The notes beneath the pieces were generated by a model, which had not been told where the DNA came from, did no database searches, and saw only the letters and a list, made by a program, of their open reading frames with translations. 39,225 nt of DNA from Gammaproteobacteria bacterium (GTDB lineage: Bacteria > Pseudomonadota > Gammaproteobacteria > Steroidobacterales > BM003), in assembly GCA_026193125.1 (NCBI GenBank), contig JAPHSC010000032.1, positions 1 through 39,225 of the forward strand. The letters are read 5' to 3'. Shown piece by piece: positions 26,382-35,241 of this stretch. Within the stretch, counting starts at the first letter, position 1, and each line of letters starts with the position of its first letter. The position numbers and the translations under genes were made by a program.

Positions 26382-29141
26382 TCAGTTAGCTGCCAGCGCC
26401 GCCAGGGCTTCCTCGGTAAACACTCGCAGACCCAGCTCCGCCCTGTAACCATGGATTTCGGTCACATCAAGCTTGCGCATAAAATCCAGGATCTCCGAGG
26501 AGATTACCTGCCCGGGAACCAGGATCGGGAATCCCGGAGGATAGGGAATGATGAACCCGGAGGACACCACATCGCGTCCCGTGGCCATGGCCTCATCAAG
26601 TTCGTCGCCATCCAGCGGAAAATATTCGCATTTGCTCTCATCATAAGCCATGAAGAAAGGTCGGCGCATGTCACCGGCCGGGGTCCTGTCGCCATGCGAG
26701 CGAAACGCGTCATGGAAACGCGAGAAGTCGGGCAACGCCGGCAAGTCCTGGGTCAGTGACTTCACGCGTTTCTCGAACGCCCTGCGTTCCATCTTGCTGG
26801 CGTCCTCGTTGCCGGAATCCAGCTCCCGCGCAATTTTCACCAGCACCTCGATAAGGTAGGCCACCGAGGATCGGGTCGTACCAATGTTGGTCATAAACAG
26901 AACGGTGTTCCTCGACGTTTTGTTCACCTGTATGCCGTACTTGTCCATCAGGTATTCGTTCTTGAATGTGTTGCCATCGATTCCCGCTGCACTGGTCACC
27001 AGGGTCACCCTGGTGGGATCCAGGACGAATTCGTCGCTTACCCAGGCGTCCCAGAGCTGACTCCAGCCACGTTGCTCGTCCCAATACACGCCAATACCGC
27101 TGGTACGGAATTCTCCCGGAACCATGTCTTCAGCTGCCAGCACCTGAAAATATTTTTTCAACAAAGGATGCGACGAAATTGCCCGACGCATAATCATCGC
27201 CGCCTCGATCTGCTTTTGCACAAACTCGAAGCCCTCCAGTTCTACCTGCCGACGCCCCACATCCAGGGAAGCGATAATCTGGTAGTTTGGCGAGGTAGAA
27301 GTATGGGTCATATAGGCCTCACGAAAGGCCTGTTCAACTTCCCCCTTGAAGTCTTGGTCATGCACGTGGATCATCGAGCCCTGGCGCAGGGCAGTCAGTG
27401 TCTTGTGCGTTGACTGTGTAGCATAGGTACGCACTCGAACCAGGTCCGGATCAGGCATCAGTCTGGTCGCAAGCATCCCCTCGTCGTCACTGGGCGCCTG
27501 GCGCTTCCAGTCTTCATAGACCTTGCGGTACTCGTCAGAGCGATAACGCTTTCGCAGCAAGTCCGCGCTATGCATGGCCGTACGCTGACGGTAGGTGGGA
27601 GAGAATCTTGCGAAAGCAAACCACGCCTCGTCCCACAAGAAAATCAAGTCGGGCTTGATTGCCAGACACTCCTCCATCACCCGCTGGACGTTATAAACAA
27701 TGCCGTCGAAAGTGCAGTTGGTCAGCAGCAGCATGCGTACTCGATCAAGTTGTCCGGCATGCTTCAGATCCAGCAACTGCCGTTTTATGTCGCGCAATGG
27801 AACAGCGCCGTACATGGACCACGCGTGCAAGGGATAGCTATCCAGATAGACTATCTGTGCGCCGCAAAGCACCAGGCCATAGTGATGGGATTTATGACAA
27901 TCGCGGTCAACCAGGACGATATCACCGGGCTGCACCAACGCCTGCACTACTATCTTGTTACAGGTAGAGGTGCCGTTGGTGGCAAAATAAGTCTGCTTTG
28001 CGCCAAACGCCCGTGCCGCCAGTTCCTGGGCACGCTTGATCGGTCCGTGGGGCTCGAGCAAGGAGTCCAGTCCCCCGGATGTTGCAGAGGTTTCCGCCAG
28101 GAAGATATTGGGGCCATAGAACTCGCCCATATCCTGTATCCAGTGCGACTTCGCAATGGATTTCCCGCGACTTATCGGCAAGGCATGAAACACGCCGGTA
28201 GGTTGCTTGGAAAAGTTCTTCAGGGCGCTGAAGAACGGCGTCTCGTAACGCAGCGACACGCCGCGCAGGATGTTCAAATGAAGCTCGGTGAAATCCTCCA
28301 GGTTATAAAAAACCCGACGACAATTACCCAGGTCGCGTCCAGCAATATCCTCGGCCCCCCTGTCGGTGACCAGGTAGACGTCCAGTTCGGGACGTACCTT
28401 GCGAATAAGCCGACACAACTCGGGACCGTAGTCCTGGGGATCAAGTTCATCCAGGTCCTCATCTCCGATGCGGGAAAGATACTGGGTCAGGATTTTTAAC
28501 CGGTTTGTGCTGCGCAAGCCAAAACCGAAACGTACGACAACCGCCTGGATATTGTGGTTGATCATGACTGCAATCAGCGCATCTTCCAGGGTCGGCGTGA
28601 ATACGGGCTCATAGGTGAACGGATCTTCACGGCGTCGCATGGCGGTCAGGCCTGAGCGCAAGGTGCGCTCCTGTGGTGCAGTCAGTTCATCGACAAACAA
28701 GGTCTCGAAATACGGCCGTGCATACACGCGCGCCTCGGGACTTTCTTCCTCATCGATGCCACCGTCCAAATCCCCGGTTTCGCCAAGCAAGGGAACAGTT
28801 CTTCTGCGATAGTAGCCGCTGGAAGTTGCTCTAACGATGCGCTTCACGACTTGCGCCAGCTCCTCGTAGCTGCCGCGGCTCAACAGTTGCCCCAACCTGT
28901 CAAAGGCTGATCGTCCGGGGAATGCCCAGAACGTCTCTATGGGCTCGAGAGCATCCGCCAACTCCGCCGCCTGCTCGTGTAATCTCTGGGTTCCGCGGCC
29001 TTCGCGCGCGGCGTCAGCAACCCGCTGAGTAATATCCTGCAGCGCGCTCCAACGATCCGCCCTCAATTGGGTGGCGCTGTAGTGATCATCTGCCAGAGCT
29101 GGCACTTTTGCCGATGATTTGGACTTTTGCGAAGGGTTCAT
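26382..29141 (-). CDS. Orn/Lys/Arg decarboxylase-family (fold-I PLP) enzyme, long form (919 aa)
   Basis: Major domain motifs SATSGGLDSLLEPHG, FATNGTSTCNK, DRDCHKSHH and QSTHKTL (PLP-lysine codon at 27402-27404). A wing/receiver-like region falls at about aa 143-280. An additional roughly 140-aa N-terminal segment precedes it. Confidence 0.85.
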   Translation of the reverse strand: MNPSQKSKSSAKVPALADDHYSATQLRADRWSALQDITQRVADAAREGRGTQRLHEQAAELADALEPIETFWAFPGRSAFDRLGQLLSRGSYEELAQVVKRIVRATSSGYYRRRTVPLLGETGDLDGGIDEEESPEARVYARPYFETLFVDELTAPQERTLRSGLTAMRRREDPFTYEPVFTPTLEDALIAVMINHNIQAVVVRFGFGLRSTNRLKILTQYLSRIGDEDLDELDPQDYGPELCRLIRKVRPELDVYLVTDRGAEDIAGRDLGNCRRVFYNLEDFTELHLNILRGVSLRYETPFFSALKNFSKQPTGVFHALPISRGKSIAKSHWIQDMGEFYGPNIFLAETSATSGGLDSLLEPHGPIKRAQELAARAFGAKQTYFATNGTSTCNKIVVQALVQPGDIVLVDRDCHKSHHYGLVLCGAQIVYLDSYPLHAWSMYGAVPLRDIKRQLLDLKHAGQLDRVRMLLLTNCTFDGIVYNVQRVMEECLAIKPDLIFLWDEAWFAFARFSPTYRQRTAMHSADLLRKRYRSDEYRKVYEDWKRQAPSDDEGMLATRLMPDPDLVRVRTYATQSTHKTLTALRQGSMIHVHDQDFKGEVEQAFREAYMTHTSTSPNYQIIASLDVGRRQVELEGFEFVQKQIEAAMIMRRAISSHPLLKKYFQVLAAEDMVPGEFRTSGIGVYWDEQRGWSQLWDAWVSDEFVLDPTRVTLVTSAAGIDGNTFKNEYLMDKYGIQVNKTSRNTVLFMTNIGTTRSSVAYLIEVLVKIARELDSGNEDASKMERRAFEKRVKSLTQDLPALPDFSRFHDAFRSHGDRTPAGDMRRPFFMAYDESKCEYFPLDGDELDEAMATGRDVVSSGFIIPYPPGFPILVPGQVISSEILDFMRKLDVTEIHGYRAELGLRVFTEEALAALAAN

Positions 29142-29235
29142 TGACTACTCCACTGCGTCAGCGGTGATTTTCACGGGCCAGGCAGCATCCCCGACCCAAT
29201 CCGGTCAAGACGCTTTGAATTTTCTGGCTCGACTA

Positions 29236-30264
29236 TCATTCCTTCTGCGTAGGCCAGACCGATGCGGGCGCCGGGACTCCGGTGCCTGCCATTGATCCCC
29301 TTTCTGGCAGTTCCAGCGGCCCCAGCGACGCCAGGAAGGACTCGGCTTTCTGGCCGGGCTCATAGATTGGAAATCGTATCTCGCTATCCCTGAAACTTTT
29401 CAGCGGCTGCCCAAGTCCACGTAGACCACATTCACGCTGCCGCCTGACTTGCTCCATATTGATCTCGATGGGAATTATCTCCTCGCCACCGCCCGCCTGA
29501 TAAAGCAGAACTCCCGAGGGATCCACCACTGCCGAGCGGCCCACGCCGCCGGCACCCAAGCCGTTAATATCGAACACGTAGCACTGGAACTGGGCCGCTG
29601 TCGCACGCGCGATGGCCAGTTCGACGTCTCGGTCCACGGTTCCAGTTAACACCGGGTGGAGCAACACTTCCGCGCCCATGGCAGTCAATGCCCGGGTCGT
29701 TTCCGGGAACCAGATGTCGTAACAGATCGACACGCCGAAACGCCCAACCTGCGGTATGTCAAAGACACAAAATTCGCTGCCGCCGGTTACGCGCTTTTCA
29801 TAGGGCCGGAATGGAAATATCTTGCGGCATCGTGCAACCACCTCGCCCGCAGGATTGATGACCGGAGCCATATTGTAAATCCTGCCGTCTTCGGCTTTTT
29901 CATACATGGAGCCTGGCAGCAACCAGATGCCATGCCGGGCTGCCACCTCACGATAAATGGTTTCCGTCGCCCCTCCAGGCGCCTGGCCAAATTCAGTCAG
30001 GGGACCATGGGAGGCCAACTCGCTAATCATTACCATCTGCACCCAGGGGTACTGGAGAACTGTCAGGTCTATTTTTCGCACCAGTGCTTCAACGTTACTG
30101 TGCAGGGCGGCGACGTGGGTTTGAATACCGGCAATTGAAAAAGGTACCAAGTAAGTTGCTCCAATCAAAGAGTAATGGAATAGCGCGAAGGCGCTGTGGC
30201 CCGGACGTTTTAGGTTCTCGTGCCTGCTTTGTTCAGTCTGGCCGCTACGGCAGTCTACGAACAA
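29236..30264 (-). CDS. Carbon-nitrogen hydrolase (nitrilase superfamily) amidase
   Basis: Glu-Lys-Cys triad context: MVMISEL (E82), CRKIFPF (K148), SICYDIWFPE (C181, codon 29722-29724). The ORF-track start at 30264 is a TTG. A better candidate is the TTG at 30150, preceded by GGAG at 8-nt spacing, which gives 304 aa starting LVPFSIAGIQ. Confidence 0.8.
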   Translation of the reverse strand: MFVDCRSGQTEQSRHENLKRPGHSAFALFHYSLIGATYLVPFSIAGIQTHVAALHSNVEALVRKIDLTVLQYPWVQMVMISELASHGPLTEFGQAPGGATETIYREVAARHGIWLLPGSMYEKAEDGRIYNMAPVINPAGEVVARCRKIFPFRPYEKRVTGGSEFCVFDIPQVGRFGVSICYDIWFPETTRALTAMGAEVLLHPVLTGTVDRDVELAIARATAAQFQCYVFDINGLGAGGVGRSAVVDPSGVLLYQAGGGEEIIPIEINMEQVRRQRECGLRGLGQPLKSFRDSEIRFPIYEPGQKAESFLASLGPLELPERGSMAGTGVPAPASVWPTQKE

Positions 30265-30719
30265 GGAATTGTCGTAGACGGATTACACAAACCCCGATAG
30301 TCTAACAGATCATTGAATTTTACGATATTCACGCAAGCTCGCCCGCGTGTCGTCCCAGGGATCTTGCCACCTTCATAATTGCAGATGCATGGGCGAGAAA
30401 CTTGGGCTGATTTCTCGACATGCCAATGCCGGCTGGCGATAAAACGGGACGCGCGATTGCCGGAAAGACCGCTATGGCCACTCACTGGGTAGATCTACCA
30501 TTCCGGCACTTCCTGCCTGCGGTGACACTCGGCTCGAATTCGCTGCCTTATGCGAGACACCACGCCTTCAAAGGCAGGCGCTTTCGGCAGGTCACTACAA
30601 AAGCGCAGCGATTACGTCTAGCTCTTCCGGTGACTGGAATCCACGCCCGCATAATGTAAGACGGCCAACCCGGACTACCTTGAGCTGGCAGGGCTTGCAC
30701 TGGAAAATGCCTTGCAGGG

Positions 30720-30935
30720 TCAGTCGTCGGGATCCGCCGGCCCACCGCCCCACTGATCTCGATGGGCTTGCTCGGCCTGCTGGCGGACGGCTGAATGACG
30801 GTTACTGAGTAGCAATGATGAGGGATCGCAGACCACTGCCCGAATCATGCCGAGGTCACGGGCAGCCTCGAACACACTGGGATACCAGCGTTCCCAGTTG
30901 GGCAGGCGACGTTCAACCTCGTTCTTCAAACTCAT
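30720..30935 (-). CDS. Hypothetical 71-aa protein (unrecognised)
   Basis: The only ATG-started ORF with protein-like composition in a 0.9-kb coding-poor gap. No motif recognised and no clear RBS checked. Confidence 0.25.
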   Translation of the reverse strand: MSLKNEVERRLPNWERWYPSVFEAARDLGMIRAVVCDPSSLLLSNRHSAVRQQAEQAHRDQWGGGPADPDD

Positions 30936-31178
30936 GTGTCGATTTCCGGCATTTTAGCGATTCCGTCTGCGTCAGAATCCTGTGGTCTGCAAGGCCTATT
31001 CTCCCCGAGGCAAGCCCCAATGTATATCGCCAAACTGCGAACCGCTTGGTAGTTTGCATACCGCACAGGTCAGCAGTCAGCCCCGACAGCACCTGCCCAA
31101 CGCCAGCGACCGACCCCGTTGTCCGATGGCGGGCCCATTTGCCAACGATCCATTTTTGCCAACATAAATTGGTTGATG

Positions 31179-32078
31179 TTACTCAGGCAGCGCCTGCAAA
31201 CGGAATACGGATATCAACAGGCTTGAGGGCCGGCTACCCACCAATCCGAACCATTTGCGATAGAGGACTCCAATCTGCTCACTACCGTAAATCTGCGCCA
31301 GGGCCCGATTGGCGACCAGACGAAAGTCTGCATCTTCCCTGGGGACCATCAACGCATAAGGTTCGAACGAAATCATGTCCTCGGATATCTGCAAGCGGTC
31401 ACGCACCGGGGACTGCATAATCTGTCCTATCAGCAAGGCACGATCTGAAAAAAAGCCATCTACGGAACCCTCGGCCAGCATGCCCATGCCCGTGGTCAGA
31501 CTACCGACCGAAACGATCTGCGCGGATAATTTTGTATCTGTCAAATACTGATTGAGCACATCCTCAGTAGTGGTTCCGGCGATCACCGCCACTTTCTTGC
31601 CCTCGATTTGTGATGGCTCACGAAAGCCGGAGTCACGCAGGGATAACATGGAAACCCCGGTAACAAATGTCATCAGGGTGAAGTCCACTCTTTCCATTCG
31701 GCCAAGGGTTTGTGTGGTGGTACTGCAATCCATGTCGACGCGACCATTCGCCAGGGCATTGATGCGATCAGCGCTCTCGACCGCAACAAATACGATGTTC
31801 AACTTGGGCAGTTTCAATTCACGCCGCACCTGCTCGGCGACCGCACGGCAAAGGTCCAGCGAGTAGCCAGCCGGCTTTCCGGCCTTGTCAATGAAGGAAA
31901 AAGGCGGCGCATCCTCACTGTAGCCGAATACAATACGGCCACTCTCCCGCACCGTATCAAGCACCGGCCCCCTCGCCAACAAGGACTGTGGCAACATTGC
32001 CGCCCAGACCGCCAGCACAATTCCAGCCACCGTACTGCGCATACTGGAGTTTCCCTGTGACTTGCCGACCTGATTCAT
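31179..32078 (-). CDS. Periplasmic amino-acid-type solute-binding protein (family 3 SBP), orphan
   Basis: 299 aa with a signal peptide (alternative start M13 at 32042) and SBP_bac_3-like blocks (IVFGYSEDAPPFSF, GYSLDLCRAV, DMDCSTTT, DGFFSDRALL). No ABC permease or ATPase is adjacent. Confidence 0.78.
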   Translation of the reverse strand: MNQVGKSQGNSSMRSTVAGIVLAVWAAMLPQSLLARGPVLDTVRESGRIVFGYSEDAPPFSFIDKAGKPAGYSLDLCRAVAEQVRRELKLPKLNIVFVAVESADRINALANGRVDMDCSTTTQTLGRMERVDFTLMTFVTGVSMLSLRDSGFREPSQIEGKKVAVIAGTTTEDVLNQYLTDTKLSAQIVSVGSLTTGMGMLAEGSVDGFFSDRALLIGQIMQSPVRDRLQISEDMISFEPYALMVPREDADFRLVANRALAQIYGSEQIGVLYRKWFGLVGSRPSSLLISVFRLQALPE

Positions 32079-32225
32079 GTCGATGCGCCCCGTTTACTTT
32101 CGATACCCAAACCAAGCATAGCCAAAGTATTCGTCGAAAGGAAAAATATGATTGTAGTGAAGATGAATATGAGGCGATTTGCCTGGACAATCCAGGCGGC
32201 GTCAGGTACCGAAGCAGACGCGGCC

Positions 32226-33647
32226 TCAGATCACCTTGCCAGGATTCATAATCCCGGATGGATCCAGCGCCGCCTTGATCTTTCGCATGAGGCCGATCTC
32301 GGATGCGCTTTTATACACCGCCAATTCCTCGCGCTTTAGTCTGCCTATACCGTGCTCGGCAGAAATACTGCCACCGTACTGGTCGATCAACTCATGTACT
32401 GCATGGTTGACCCGCCCGGCTTGTTCCAGAAACACCGGGTCCCTGTCACCTTCCGCGGGGCTGAGATTAAAGTGCACGTTACCGTCGCCCAGGTGACCGT
32501 AGGAGACTACCCTGCAACCGGGTACCAGCGTTTTCACCAGGCTGGTTGCCTCGCTAACAAAGGCCGGCATTTTTCTGACCTGCACCGAAACATCATGCTT
32601 GATACTCGGCCCCTCGTGTGACTGGGCCTCCGGAATACTCTCACGCATGCGCCACATCGCCTCGCGCTGAGCTCCGCTACTTGCCAGTGCAGCATCCAGC
32701 ACGATCTCCCGTTCAAACCCCTCGCCCAGCAGCAACTCCAACAATGCCTGGGTCTGGCTTTCCTCAGTCGCGCAGGATAACTCCAGCAAGACGTACCAGT
32801 CGTAAACCTTGCCCAAGGGGTCTGTCACACCGTCAATGTGCCGAGTGGTAAGTTCCAGCGCCAGCCGTGGTATTAACTCAAAGGTGGTTACCGAATCACC
32901 ACTTTGTTCTCGCAGCAGGGACAACAACTCGACCGAGGCATCCAGATCGCGCAGGGCCACCAACGCCGTTCCATAAGAACGCGGCATGGGATACAGTTTC
33001 AGAACCGCCGCAGTGACCACACCCAGCGTACCCTCGGCACCAATGAACAAGTTCTTCCAGTCGTAGCCGGTATTGTCCTTGCGCAAGCCCTTAAGGTTCT
33101 CGATGACGCTGCCGTCAGGTAACACAGCCTCTATCCCCAGTACCAGGTCGCGAGTATTGCCGTAACGCAGTACCGCCGTACCCCCCGCATTGGTCGACAA
33201 GTTACCACCAATCTGGCATGAGCCTTCCGATCCCATGCTCAGGGGAAACAGGCGTTGCACTTTCTCGGCTGCTTCCTGTACCTGCGCCAGGGTGCAACCG
33301 GCATCCGCCGTCAGGGTGTAATTCAGGGGATCCAGACCGCGAATCTTGTTCAACCGGGCCAGGCTCAGCACGACCTGCTCACCGGATTCATCCGGCGTGG
33401 CGCCCCCGCAGTAGCCGGTATTGCCGCCCACTGGAACCACCGGCGTCCCGGTTTCGAAACAAAACTTCATTATGCGGGAGACACGCTCTGTGCTGTCCGG
33501 GCGCAACACCAAAGGCGTTGATCCCTTGTACAGCCTGCGAAAATCGTTCTCGTACGGTTCGATGTCTATGCGTTCATCCAGATACCCGCCGGGCCCGGCG
33601 AGCTCCTTCAACTGTTGCAGGATCTCCTGGCGCGTCGACGTTGCCAT
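32226..33647 (-). CDS. FAD-binding oxidoreductase (GlcD / D-2-hydroxyacid dehydrogenase family)
   Basis: 473 aa. FAD_binding_4-type N-terminus (VLRPDSTERVSRIMKFCFETGTPVVPVGGNTGYCGGATP) and an FAD-oxidase C-terminal domain (GSISAEHGIGRLK). The start is 13 nt after the purA stop. Confidence 0.85.
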   Translation of the reverse strand: MATSTRQEILQQLKELAGPGGYLDERIDIEPYENDFRRLYKGSTPLVLRPDSTERVSRIMKFCFETGTPVVPVGGNTGYCGGATPDESGEQVVLSLARLNKIRGLDPLNYTLTADAGCTLAQVQEAAEKVQRLFPLSMGSEGSCQIGGNLSTNAGGTAVLRYGNTRDLVLGIEAVLPDGSVIENLKGLRKDNTGYDWKNLFIGAEGTLGVVTAAVLKLYPMPRSYGTALVALRDLDASVELLSLLREQSGDSVTTFELIPRLALELTTRHIDGVTDPLGKVYDWYVLLELSCATEESQTQALLELLLGEGFEREIVLDAALASSGAQREAMWRMRESIPEAQSHEGPSIKHDVSVQVRKMPAFVSEATSLVKTLVPGCRVVSYGHLGDGNVHFNLSPAEGDRDPVFLEQAGRVNHAVHELIDQYGGSISAEHGIGRLKREELAVYKSASEIGLMRKIKAALDPSGIMNPGKVI

Positions 33648-33660
33648 ACAGCCTTCCCGC

Positions 33661-34989
<1,329 letters not shown>

Positions 34990-35181
34990 TCAGCCCCTAA
35001 CAAAATACAAAATCACCAGCCCCAGCAGCATGCTGGACAATCCCATCAGGCGTAGCGCTCCGTCTCCGAGCGCCAGCATCCCCGCCAGCGTCTTCTTTAG
35101 CGATCCAGGCGCCGCGAAAGGCAGCAGTCCCTCGATCACCAATACCAGCGCCATTGCCGAAAACAAATCTTCCCAGTTCAT
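34990..35181 (-). CDS. Small membrane protein, DUF2065-like
   Basis: 63 aa from MNWEDLF (ATG at 35181), with two hydrophobic helices. It sits immediately downstream of hflC, as DUF2065 genes do in many gammaproteobacteria (recollection). Confidence 0.6.
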   Translation of the reverse strand: MNWEDLFSAMALVLVIEGLLPFAAPGSLKKTLAGMLALGDGALRLMGLSSMLLGLVILYFVRG

Positions 35182-35241
35182 GGTTCCATACGCACGCGCA
35201 ATCAGCCCGGGCATTACGCTCGGGCTTTCTTTTTCCGCGCC

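Noticed and set aside
27570-28499. 309-aa plus-strand ORF opposite the decarboxylase
   Set aside because: It is antisense to the PLP-domain coding region and has no recognisable motifs. It is explained as a stop-poor antisense frame.
30255-30745. Short ORFs 30255-30485 (-), 30420-30659 (+), 30548-30745 (-) in the gap upstream of the operon
   Set aside because: They overlap each other, have Arg/Cys-rich composition, and show no RBS or motif. They are kept only as part of the coding-poor-gap finding, not as genes.
31135-31163. TGGCA-containing repeat (minus strand GTTGGCAAA x2) considered as a sigma-54 promoter
   Set aside because: It does not fit the TGGCAC-N5-TTGCW spacing or sequence. It is reported only as a low-interest direct repeat.
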